Origin: a virus | Lineage: Duplodnaviria; Caudoviricetes | DNA length: 64,000 nt | Virus record (IMG/VR): IMGVR_UViG_3300037067_001795 | Span: 9,772 to 73,771 of that record | Reading direction: 5' to 3' (one strand) | In this document: piece after piece, positions 25,885 to 34,632 of the stretch | How the letters are laid out: every line of letters starts with the position of its first letter | How positions within the stretch are numbered: position 1 is the first letter of the stretch | Program-made: the position numbers and the translations under genes | The notes under the pieces: model-generated | Seen by the model: the letters and a program-made list of their open reading frames with translations, nothing else | Told to the model about the DNA's origin: nothing | The model's database searches: none

Positions 25885-26976
25885 TTAGTCGAGTGTCGCC
25901 GTTCCAAAGTCAATGTCGGTTGGGATGCCTAACTGGAAGAGATTGGCTTCCGGATAGTATTCTACCTTCCACACGGCCATGTCCCCCGTCAGTGCCGTAC
26001 CGTAGCCAGCCGAGCCAGCCGAGGGATACCAGTCGACAACCTCACTAGTATATGCAGGCTTTCCTGATCCGTTGAGAATGACGCGAGTGTTTTCGCCGTT
26101 GAGATCCTTATAGCGGATGAAGTGCTGTGGATTGGAGGGGTCCGGTGCAGCACCACACACATCCACACTCTTCCACAAATCCACTTGATCACATCCAGGT
26201 TCTGTGCTTGTAGACGTCTTGTCATCTGCCCTGATCCAGCGACCGTTTAGAACCTTAGTACCCTCGTCCACAATGTCTGGGTCAAATGGATCTTGGTCAT
26301 TGTTGCGGATGTCAAAGTCAAAGACACGCTTGTAGTAGGATGTACAGGTACCGTACCACAACTCTTCCCACGTGAAGTTACTGAGCTTGACATGGCGAGC
26401 AGCGAGGCCCCACATGGTGTCGTCGTTGACATGGTCCATCAGCGAGGAGCATAGGTCTAGCTGTAGTGTAGATACATTCTGCTCAACGCGCACCGTAGGC
26501 CTCGACGAGTCAAACTCCAGCTTGGGTCCACGGAGCGGTTCGTGCGCAGAGTTCTTGATGAGCACACCATTGCGGTCCTTGGCTGCCTCGATGCTGTGCT
26601 TGACAAAGGTGCCGCTGATCTTCTGAGGTTCAGCGAGGGGGTCACCCCACTCCATCGTCATACACCGCTTCATTGGGCGAGTGCTGAACAACACCTCTAC
26701 GGTGTACGTCTTGATGGGATCACCGCTGAGCTGGCCTTGAGGCTTGATAGAACGGTTCGGGTGGCACATGGCCCAAGGGTCGCTGTCATTGCCAAAGCTG
26801 TAGGGTGTGCCTATAGTAGGCAACGCAGCGGCAGTACCGACTGTACGGGGGCCATCGCCCACACCATTCTGGTAGGGAGTGTTGGTTTGGACTAGGTAGG
26901 TGACCCAATAATTGCGGTGACCGTACTCGTCCTGCTCAGCCCGTACTGTATAGGGAGCACACTTGGTGATCGACAT
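25885..26976 (-). CDS. Probable distal tail/hub protein
   Basis: Immediately after the tape measure gene; beta-rich. Confidence 0.55.
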   Translation of the reverse strand: MSITKCAPYTVRAEQDEYGHRNYWVTYLVQTNTPYQNGVGDGPRTVGTAAALPTIGTPYSFGNDSDPWAMCHPNRSIKPQGQLSGDPIKTYTVEVLFSTRPMKRCMTMEWGDPLAEPQKISGTFVKHSIEAAKDRNGVLIKNSAHEPLRGPKLEFDSSRPTVRVEQNVSTLQLDLCSSLMDHVNDDTMWGLAARHVKLSNFTWEELWYGTCTSYYKRVFDFDIRNNDQDPFDPDIVDEGTKVLNGRWIRADDKTSTSTEPGCDQVDLWKSVDVCGAAPDPSNPQHFIRYKDLNGENTRVILNGSGKPAYTSEVVDWYPSAGSAGYGTALTGDMAVWKVEYYPEANLFQLGIPTDIDFGTATLD

Positions 26977-28991
26977 TAGGCTGACTCCGCTAGTGCTGCG
27001 GGTGACAGACCGCCACCCATGTCTCGTATCTGCTCCAGTATGCCCACCACCTCCTCTACGCCCTTGGCTGTACGCTCAGCCGCAGAGCCCTCGCTTAGTG
27101 AGCGGTAGGCCGACACCCGTGCCATGGCCTCGGCAGAGCCCACCGTAGTGGCCTGTACACCCTCGCTGGCGTAGTATTTGCCCTCCTTAAAGGCTGTAGC
27201 TGCTGGGCCTGTACCGCCCACGCTTCCACCAGCAGCATCCGCAGCAGCCTCAGCGGCTGCTTCAGCCCCCTTGCGCAAGGCTTCGTCGGTAAGGCTATTG
27301 AGCTTTAACTGGGTGGTGAAGGTCTCTATACCCAGCTTGACGGTTGTCTTGGAGGCTAGGTCACGGACGATCAAGGCTAGTCCTGGATTGACCAGTGTGA
27401 AAAGCTTCATGAACCCCAGCAAGTGCATCGTCATATCCGTGATGACCTGCAAGAACGTTAGTTTGATCTGGGTCATGACAATTTCCCAAGCCAGTTCGAT
27501 CTCACCGGACCGTAGGGCTGCCGTCATACCTGCGATGGTGTCACTGAAGTATTTCTTGAGGTCGTTGAACACTTCAATGATGGGGCCACGCATGTGGTAG
27601 AGAGCCACACCAAGAGCAGCGATGGCTACGACGATTCCCATAATCATTGGCGCAAGGGGGAGTAGGAAAGTGATTGCAGATGAGAGGGCAACAAACCCAC
27701 TTATGACGGATGAGATCATGACAGCCATGGTCCCGAAGCCAACGAGGAGGGGGCCTATGGCTGCGACTACAGCTAGCACAACCACGGCAACCTTCTGCAT
27801 CTCTGGTGTGAGCATGTTCCAGACTTCCATGGCACTGAGGCCCCACTGAGTGAGCTTCTGTACGATGGGGGCTAACATATCACCGAGCTTGATCATCATG
27901 GCCTGCGTGCCTGCCATGGCCTTAGCCATCTTGGCTCCCATGGTTTCTTCCCACTCTTTGTAGCGGGAATTAATGCCTCCTACGGATTGGCTGACGTCAT
28001 CAACGATGCTTGCAAATTGCTTTGAGTCCCTGAGGACGTTGAATGCGTTTTCAGCTTCCTTGTCTGAGAAGAATTGGAGTTGTGTGATACCTGTCTTGGC
28101 AAACATAGCATCTAGGTATTTAATACCTTCGACGATACCCTGATCTGCAAAGACTTTTTGCAACTCCTTCATGGAGTATCCAGAAGCTTCCATCTGTTTG
28201 ATGATCTTCGGGGAGACTCCAGCTCCACGGATCTTACTGATCATGCTACTGAGGGCAGTAGCAGCCGTAGCAGTTTCTCCATAGGCCAGTGTCAGGGCGC
28301 TGAGAGTACCAGCAGTCTCTCCGAACTCTAGCTTAGCAGCTTTAGCGGCGGGCAGGATCTTTCCGAACACTGAGGCGAATCCACTCGCTTCAGCAAGCCC
28401 TCTGTCTGCTGCCTTCCAGACCATTTCTATGGCTTCGGATGCCTTAAGGCTTTCTTCACCGTAGGTTGCAAGAGCTAGTGAGGCTGCCCTACCGATAGTC
28501 TGCATATCACCCATCCCAATGGATGATGCTTTTGCAGAAGCTTCCAATGCGTCGAGAGCAGCAGCCCCTTTTATTCCTCCAGAAGAGATTGACTCAAACG
28601 TATTTACTATGTCGATGGGGCTTTGACCGAGGTTAGCAGCCATCTTGAGAGCTGTTTCTCGAAAGGAGTCGATGTCCTCCCGTGACATGCTAACCAATGA
28701 TCGCAACCGCTGTAAAGCTTGTTCGAAGCTCATAGAGGCGTGGGAGGCGGCACCGCTGATGGCCAAGAGTGGCGTGGTGATAGCAAGGGACATAGCTGCC
28801 CCAGCACCACGAACACCTTGGCCAAACGTGCGGAGACTGGCGGCGAACCGTTCGATACGTTTACCCTCACGCTCAACTGTATCGGCAGTTCTGCGAGCAC
28901 CTGTTTGAGCATCGTTGAGCATCTTCTGATAAGAAGTAGCGTCACCCACGAGGCGTACAAGAAGGCGGTCAATCTCAGTCTCGGTTGACAT
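26976..28991 (-). CDS. Tail tape measure protein (TP901-like)
   Basis: LLVRLVGDATSY N-terminus; Ala/helix-rich body; hydrophobic LLVGFG...IVVAIAALG segment. Confidence 0.92.
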   Translation of the reverse strand: MSTETEIDRLLVRLVGDATSYQKMLNDAQTGARRTADTVEREGKRIERFAASLRTFGQGVRGAGAAMSLAITTPLLAISGAASHASMSFEQALQRLRSLVSMSREDIDSFRETALKMAANLGQSPIDIVNTFESISSGGIKGAAALDALEASAKASSIGMGDMQTIGRAASLALATYGEESLKASEAIEMVWKAADRGLAEASGFASVFGKILPAAKAAKLEFGETAGTLSALTLAYGETATAATALSSMISKIRGAGVSPKIIKQMEASGYSMKELQKVFADQGIVEGIKYLDAMFAKTGITQLQFFSDKEAENAFNVLRDSKQFASIVDDVSQSVGGINSRYKEWEETMGAKMAKAMAGTQAMMIKLGDMLAPIVQKLTQWGLSAMEVWNMLTPEMQKVAVVVLAVVAAIGPLLVGFGTMAVMISSVISGFVALSSAITFLLPLAPMIMGIVVAIAALGVALYHMRGPIIEVFNDLKKYFSDTIAGMTAALRSGEIELAWEIVMTQIKLTFLQVITDMTMHLLGFMKLFTLVNPGLALIVRDLASKTTVKLGIETFTTQLKLNSLTDEALRKGAEAAAEAAADAAGGSVGGTGPAATAFKEGKYYASEGVQATTVGSAEAMARVSAYRSLSEGSAAERTAKGVEEVVGILEQIRDMGGGLSPAALAESA

Positions 28992-29319
28992 GTTGGTTCC
29001 TTAGTGGAGCTAACCTTGCTTGCCAAACAGCCTTGGCGACTTCAGCACTGGTCGGAGCCAGTTGGGGACTATTGAACTTGAGGAAGAAGTGTTTGAGCTG
29101 GATGGCTTCGCGATTCTTGGCGAGCACTCGACGGACCTCACAAGCAATCTGCATGAGATAGAAGTCTGATAGCTTCGGCTCATTCCATTGCTCATCCAGA
29201 TATTCCATCCATGCAAGGAACTGACGGTGTGTGTGAGTGCGAAGACACTCATCCAGGCTCATGTGCAGGTGCGAGGCTAGTCGGAACCATCCGCCGTAGA
29301 CTCGCTTCCTACGTTTTTT
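28975..29319 (-). CDS. Tail assembly chaperone gpGT (-1 frameshift extension)
   Basis: The -1 frame from the slippery site reads KKRRKRVYGGWFRLASHLHMSLDEC... Confidence 0.75.
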   Translation of the reverse strand, partial: KKRRKRVYGGWFRLASHLHMSLDECLRTHTHRQFLAWMEYLDEQWNEPKLSDFYLMQIACEVRRVLAKNREAIQLKHFFLKFNSPQLAPTSAEVAKAVWQARLAPLRNQHVNRD

Positions 29320-29699
29320 GATTCACGCATCTCCTCAAGACGTTTCTGGAGAGCAGTAATCTGGACCACGATAGCAGCTTCAGTCTCCAGGTCGTCTAAG
29401 TGGCTCATCTCCTTGGCACGATCATAGAGCACCTTCTGCACGCGAGCAGGCCAGCTACGTACGGTGGCTTCTGGCACGTTCTTGCCAGACTCGTCGAACA
29501 AGCATAGTGACACCAGCAGGGGCTCTACGTCGGCGATGCCACGTACGGTCTGTGGTTTGCCGTCAGGCCCTAGCTTGATACAGCTGAGGCGAGCGTTGGC
29601 AAACTTGGTAGCCGCATCGCCCGAGGCTTCCCTGAGGGAATAGTCCTTTCCGCTCAGCTTGACAGGTTCGGTCTGCGGCGTAAGATCGTCAGTAATCAT
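29277..29699 (-). CDS. Tail assembly chaperone gpG
   Basis: Between tail tube and tape measure; A-AAA-AAC near the 3' end. Confidence 0.8.
   Translation of the reverse strand: MITDDLTPQTEPVKLSGKDYSLREASGDAATKFANARLSCIKLGPDGKPQTVRGIADVEPLLVSLCLFDESGKNVPEATVRSWPARVQKVLYDRAKEMSHLDDLETEAAIVVQITALQKRLEEMRESKNVGSESTADGSD
29313..29319 (-). other. Programmed -1 ribosomal frameshift heptamer A AAA AAC
   Basis: In-phase TCA AAA AAC; the -1 frame is the 28975 ORF. Confidence 0.8.
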
Positions 29700-29794
29700 C
29701 TTGGTTTGCTCCTAGGTTACAGAGTAGCGAAGGCAGGCCCCCAGCCCCTTAGTGCTTACAGCTAGGGGCCTGCTGCACGGAGATCGTAGACAAA

Positions 29795-30268
29795 CTATGT
29801 GCCAGTTACGGAGGTGACGGTGGGACCTTGCTCGGCACCAGTCGAGTCCACGTTGGTGGGCACGATGACGATAGCGGCCATCGGCATCGTTCCCTCTTCC
29901 ATGGCCTCTGGCGTGAAGGACTTCAGGAAGCCGTAGAAGGCAATCGTGGTGCCGTCAGCGAACTCCACAGTGATCGTGGTTTCGTCGCCAATGATGGCTA
30001 CGATGGACGTGTACACAGCCGGATCGTAGGCAGCGTTGATCGTGATCTGTGTGAGGGTGATCAGCTTACGAGCCGTGAACGTACGATACGTCGTGTTGTG
30101 CATCGTAGTGGTTTCGATCGCTTCACCGGCGTCCATGCCCGGAGGCTGTACGGTCTTCTCGAAAAACTCGATGTCAGAGTCAGCGGCCAGCGTGAGCTTG
30201 GATGAGAAGCCGTCTTTCAGCTTCAATCCACCAGGGGTGGAACGTTCAGTTGCGGTAGGGGCAGCCAT
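29795..30268 (-). CDS. Major tail tube protein
   Basis: PPGMDAGEAIETTTM, ITINAAYDP, FYGFLKSFTP. Confidence 0.75.
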   Translation of the reverse strand: MAAPTATERSTPGGLKLKDGFSSKLTLAADSDIEFFEKTVQPPGMDAGEAIETTTMHNTTYRTFTARKLITLTQITINAAYDPAVYTSIVAIIGDETTITVEFADGTTIAFYGFLKSFTPEAMEEGTMPMAAIVIVPTNVDSTGAEQGPTVTSVTGT

Positions 30269-30279
30269 GAGTGAACCTC

Positions 30280-30702
30280 CTAGGTCAGGGCGACAACAGC
30301 GTTAACAGTAAACAAGTAGCGTTTGCTGGTAGGCGTCTCAGTCCCTGCCTTCAGCACTCCGCTCTTACGGGTAATTGCGTGAACAACGTACGATGTGGTG
30401 TCAACCGTCACAGACACGTTCTGGACTGTGTCCATGGCCACAGCGATCGCATCAGCCTTGGTGTAGCCTGTGACCCCAGAGCTGCGGACCATGATCTCTA
30501 TACCGTAGTGCTCCTCCATAACAGAGTCGGCACCACTACGACCGTCTAGCAGACCAGCCGTGTCGTAGACAACGACAGCGTTGTCTGGTGTGTCGGGTAG
30601 GTTATGGGCGTATATCGGCCACGAACCGTTGGCTGAGGGCAAGGTGCCCTGAGCTAGGTCTATGAGCATGTGGCGGATTACGTCTGCGACGGTGTGGTTC
30701 AT
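30280..30702 (-). CDS. Tail terminator / minor capsid-like protein
   Basis: PDTPDNAVVVYDTAG, IEIMVRS. Confidence 0.75.
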   Translation of the reverse strand: MNHTVADVIRHMLIDLAQGTLPSANGSWPIYAHNLPDTPDNAVVVYDTAGLLDGRSGADSVMEEHYGIEIMVRSSGVTGYTKADAIAVAMDTVQNVSVTVDTTSYVVHAITRKSGVLKAGTETPTSKRYLFTVNAVVALT

Positions 30703-31118
30703 TCCTTCTCCGTGAAGGCACTAGCCTTGAGGTTTCCAGTGTCTACGGGACACAGTCGTTGAGCCTCTCGCTGCAAGCGTAGGCCAGCCACTAGTAGAGC
30801 CTTAACCAAGGTGGCTCCATTTCTGACAGCCGTGGCTATGATGGTCGATAGCTCCTTGCGCATGGTGTGGGCAGGCTGTTCTAGAAACTTGGACTGGCCT
30901 CGCCCTGATGGGTCCCAATAGTCGCCCTTCTTACGTGTGCCGTCGGTGTGCTTGCCCTTGCGCGGCAGACCTCGCCACTTCATCTCCACATTCTCGTGCA
31001 CGTAGAGGGCGTACGATGCGTTGAAGCCAACGATGACATTGCCGTTGTTCTCTCGCTTGGACTCACGTTCCAGCTTTTCAAGGGCTCGCAGAACTTTGTC
31101 TAGTCCGCGTATTTCCAC
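30699..31118 (-). CDS. HK97 gp10-like neck protein
   Basis: YALYVHE, GQSKFLEQP, PVDTGNLKAS (permuted order). Confidence 0.75.
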   Translation of the reverse strand: MEIRGLDKVLRALEKLERESKRENNGNVIVGFNASYALYVHENVEMKWRGLPRKGKHTDGTRKKGDYWDPSGRGQSKFLEQPAHTMRKELSTIIATAVRNGATLVKALLVAGLRLQREAQRLCPVDTGNLKASAFTEKE

Positions 31119-31120
31119 TG

Positions 31121-31462
31121 TCAGTCCTCCACATCAAATCGCACGTAGCGAACCAACGTTCGCGCAGGTGTGCTGGTGGTTGTGACCGTGATCTTGAGCT
31201 TGTATACACCAGTCTCCTTGAGCATACCAGAGACCTTGAACTGAACAGCTTCTCCAATAGGCACATCTACCTCATTGATCTCGAGGACGGCTGTGCTGAC
31301 TGTCTTGTTGGACAGAGTCAGATCCGTCGTATTAACTTCGACAACCAACGGCGTGCCTGTGAGGGTTTCACCTGCGTCAAGCTGATTGGAGAATGACACA
31401 GATCCAAGGTCCGTATCACCCTCAGCGCATACAGGTCGCTCAGGCGCAACTATCTTGCTCAT
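31121..31462 (-). CDS. Hypothetical virion protein (Ig-like)
   Basis: Beta-rich, LDAGETLT...YKLKITVTT. Confidence 0.55.
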   Translation of the reverse strand: MSKIVAPERPVCAEGDTDLGSVSFSNQLDAGETLTGTPLVVEVNTTDLTLSNKTVSTAVLEINEVDVPIGEAVQFKVSGMLKETGVYKLKITVTTTSTPARTLVRYVRFDVED

Positions 31463-31656
31463 TGGTCATCCTCTGGTAATGTCCAGTGCATTCGCGACTT
31501 AGGCATAGTCCACTGTGTTATGCGATCCTTCATGGTCCAGTGCAGCCTGTTCTTCTTCAGGGTCCATTCCATTCCGGGCACATCTGGTGGAGGTACGACA
31601 CCCCCAGTGATCCTGCTGAATGGTAGGAATATCTGTATCAGGCTACTCAGTTTCAT
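31459..31656 (-). CDS. Hypothetical protein
   Basis: Repeated WT(L/M)xxxR units. Confidence 0.5.
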   Translation of the reverse strand: MKLSSLIQIFLPFSRITGGVVPPPDVPGMEWTLKKNRLHWTMKDRITQWTMPKSRMHWTLPEDDQ

Positions 31657-32327
31657 GCTGGTGGGCCCATTGTCTCAGTACCGGCTCCGTCGTCAGTAAT
31701 CGCCTGCGTCGTAAGTGTTGCCCCTGCACTATCCTTCGTAATCAGCTCCGTCGGTGTCTTGGCTGAGTAAAAGAACCGCTGCACGAACCACATGATCCTC
31801 TGCGGCCACGTCGTCGGGTTAGCCACGGGCGTTGCGGAGATCTGATCCAGCCCGTCCGACGCCAGCGAGAATCCCGTCTTATCCGACACAACCATCGCCG
31901 AACCAACAGCAGCCGGTGAGGCGGGAATCAGGTCAGTCTTGGCCTTGATGTCGCCTATTTCTTCCGACAGCGTGATTGCCAATCCGCAAGCATTCGTTAC
32001 GTCAACAGAGGTTATTCCACCTGGATCATAATCCGCCCCGTAAGCCTCCCGATCGTTTACCGCGTAGCTCGTCAGGTACAGCCCGATATGGCAGGGTACA
32101 GTGATCCCAACCGGCGTCGTGAATCCGTAGTGTGAATGCGTCCCTGTCCCGCTGACGACAGCGGTAGTCGTCACCAATCCAACGGCGGTTGCCTGCTGAG
32201 CATCAGTCAGTGTATTCTCAGCAACGAATGCGGAAACACCGTCCCACATATAGCCGTCGCTGTCCCGCGTGATTTTCGCCACGTAGGTTCGGCCGGCTGT
32301 ATTGTCATCGAGCTTGATTATTGCCAT
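31653..32327 (-). CDS. Hypothetical virion protein
   Basis: IKAKTDLIPASPAAVGSAM motif. Confidence 0.6.
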   Translation of the reverse strand: MAIIKLDDNTAGRTYVAKITRDSDGYMWDGVSAFVAENTLTDAQQATAVGLVTTTAVVSGTGTHSHYGFTTPVGITVPCHIGLYLTSYAVNDREAYGADYDPGGITSVDVTNACGLAITLSEEIGDIKAKTDLIPASPAAVGSAMVVSDKTGFSLASDGLDQISATPVANPTTWPQRIMWFVQRFFYSAKTPTELITKDSAGATLTTQAITDDGAGTETMGPPA

Positions 32328-32338
32328 AAATCACCTAG

Positions 32339-34240
32339 CTAGGCTATGGATGTCTTGCCGGCATCGCTGAGAAACACATACGTCCCATTGAATCGCCACG
32401 ATATGCCGTGAAACTCACTTGCCTCGCTGGCATCCGTCCACGTTGGCTCTGTCCCGAGCCACACCACTGATTCCGCTGGCAACCACGTAATGTCTCGCGG
32501 CGTGGCTCCCTGTTCAATGAAGATCGTTCCGCCGCACGGTCCTGGCGGCATGGTGATCGTGGCATTGATCGGGTTATTGGCGTCATTTGCCGGAATAGTC
32601 CAATGGTTCCCTGCTTGGAGATCGACGGTGCATGTGTTCGGGTTCGTCCCGGTCGCGATCGTCGCTTCATTCTCTGCCGTTCCGAAATGGATCGTATGTC
32701 CATTGGCGTCCAGATCTCCGCCAATCTGCAACGCCTTATTGATCGCCACTCTCGTGCCGTTGCTGCTAATTGTAGTCGTGCCAGCGGAGTCAAGTTTGAT
32801 GCCGACCACATCAGAAATTACCGTCAGCTCTCCGGTCTTTTCGACTCTCGCAACGTCTGTCCCAAGTTGCCGAAAAATCAAAGGTCCGGCGTATGTAGAG
32901 CACTGGCAATCAATCGCAAATGCGTATCCGTTCTCGGCAGTAAATGCTAATGCCTCAAAATTCCAAACACGATCTGGCCTACGTGAGCCAATAGTAAATC
33001 GAGTTAAACCACCATTTCCCCAAATGCGACCATTGACCGCACCTGCGTAGTACACCTCGAATTTGTCTGTGGTGGTCGCTACGCCAACAGCAAGCCGACC
33101 TAAAATAGTCGCGTCTTGCGATACGTCGATGTACGCCGCATCCAATTCGTTGACCGGCAGATACCCGTATCCGTAATTGTCGTGCGTAACCCAGTCCCCA
33201 GGCAGTGCTCGACAAATTGCCAATCCCATTTGGCGTGTTGATCCACTCTGCCCATCGTGATACAGCCACAATTCATCGCCAGTCACCGTATACGTGTTGC
33301 GATATATGTCATCCGTCAGAATGTATGGCGTGTCGAGATCGTCACTATCGAATCCCGATTGGCTGGTGTGCTTGATAATTCCACACCACTCCCACGTTTC
33401 AAAGTCGTTCGGTGTGGTACACTTCCACAGTTCAAGCACAGCATGATTCGCACCAGCAGCCTCGTATCCATAGTGTGGAACGATTGCCCACCAGATGCCG
33501 CGAAAATAGAATACATCGGGACAAAATCTGCCGCCGGTAAAAATCGGATTTGATGCACTTTTTGTCCATGTCGTCGGATCAGACGCCGATGCAGTCGCTA
33601 ACCCGATAGCGCGAGCTGTTGACACGTTGCCCACCTTGGCTTCGTAAAATGTATACAGCGTGTCTCCTACCCGCCACACGGCCCAGCACTCGGCTCCATA
33701 CTCATCCCACGCACCTGCGGTCCCATGTGTCAAAACGGGCGTATTTGCAGCCGACTCAGCCCAAGTGCCAGTCGGAGCAGATGCTGACGCATACCCAGTA
33801 TCGTCATCTACGCCTGCTGTCGCACTGTTGCCACGAAACAGCATGTGCCATACGCCATCCTCCGTCCACACTCTCGCTACGCCACGGGACGTGCTTCCAA
33901 ATCCCGATCCAGATGGAGTAAAAATAGGATTCGACGCATATTCCTCGAATGTAACGCCGTCCGTGCTTGTGGCTAACCCGATGGAATAAACGCCGCCGGA
34001 ATAGTTGGAATAGTATGAGTAAAACGCGTAGTACACACCATCATCGTACACGATGGAAGCAAATGTTTTGTGAAGCTCATCGCCTGTCACCGTAAGCAGC
34101 GGGTTAGACGGGTGCGAGACGAATGGCCCAAGGAAGGTATCCAGCCCGAGAGCCGTTCTCATCGCGGCATAATCGTCCGCCTCGACAAGCGAAACGCCGT
34201 CGTCGCTGTAGTGGACTGTTTTTTTGAATGCTTCGCCCAT
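32339..34240 (-). CDS. Tail fibre/spike with GH32/43/130-like five-bladed beta-propeller
   Basis: Repeated SNPLL/SNPIF/TPVL blades, IGLATS, DDLDTPYI. Confidence 0.7.
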   Translation of the reverse strand: MGEAFKKTVHYSDDGVSLVEADDYAAMRTALGLDTFLGPFVSHPSNPLLTVTGDELHKTFASIVYDDGVYYAFYSYYSNYSGGVYSIGLATSTDGVTFEEYASNPIFTPSGSGFGSTSRGVARVWTEDGVWHMLFRGNSATAGVDDDTGYASASAPTGTWAESAANTPVLTHGTAGAWDEYGAECWAVWRVGDTLYTFYEAKVGNVSTARAIGLATASASDPTTWTKSASNPIFTGGRFCPDVFYFRGIWWAIVPHYGYEAAGANHAVLELWKCTTPNDFETWEWCGIIKHTSQSGFDSDDLDTPYILTDDIYRNTYTVTGDELWLYHDGQSGSTRQMGLAICRALPGDWVTHDNYGYGYLPVNELDAAYIDVSQDATILGRLAVGVATTTDKFEVYYAGAVNGRIWGNGGLTRFTIGSRRPDRVWNFEALAFTAENGYAFAIDCQCSTYAGPLIFRQLGTDVARVEKTGELTVISDVVGIKLDSAGTTTISSNGTRVAINKALQIGGDLDANGHTIHFGTAENEATIATGTNPNTCTVDLQAGNHWTIPANDANNPINATITMPPGPCGGTIFIEQGATPRDITWLPAESVVWLGTEPTWTDASEASEFHGISWRFNGTYVFLSDAGKTSIA

Positions 34241-34241
34241 A

Positions 34242-34622
34242 TCACGCCTCGGCGGAATCGTAGGTGAACGATGTCAACGAAACGGTCTGGCCGGAGTTGA
34301 TCGACGTGTTATCCACGGTCATATCGGCACCGCTGGTTCCAACTGTGCCGCTGAATATCAACGTGTCGTCGGAATCGTAGACCTTGAAATTGTCGGCTGT
34401 CCCATTTCCAGATGCGGTCGCACTTATCGCTGGATCAACGTCCAGCGTTGCCGTGCCATTCGCGTCCGCTGCACCGAAAGCTGGATCATTGCACGTCAAC
34501 GTCGCCAGCACATCGGTGCCGTCGCAGATTGTGATATAGCCAGCTCCAGAGCCAGCATCAACGAGATCGACCACAGCGTTCGTGGCGGCTTGTTTCGCGG
34601 CTTGTGAATGAGATATTGCCAT
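34242..34622 (-). CDS. Hypothetical virion protein
   Basis: GTVGTSGADMTVDNTSINSGQTVSLTSFT. Confidence 0.6.
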   Translation of the reverse strand: MAISHSQAAKQAATNAVVDLVDAGSGAGYITICDGTDVLATLTCNDPAFGAADANGTATLDVDPAISATASGNGTADNFKVYDSDDTLIFSGTVGTSGADMTVDNTSINSGQTVSLTSFTYDSAEA

Positions 34623-34632
34623 CGTGTTATCC

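Noticed and set aside
29010-29252. 80-aa ORF as tail chaperone
   Set aside because: Wrong frame; the -1 frameshift product uses the 28975 frame
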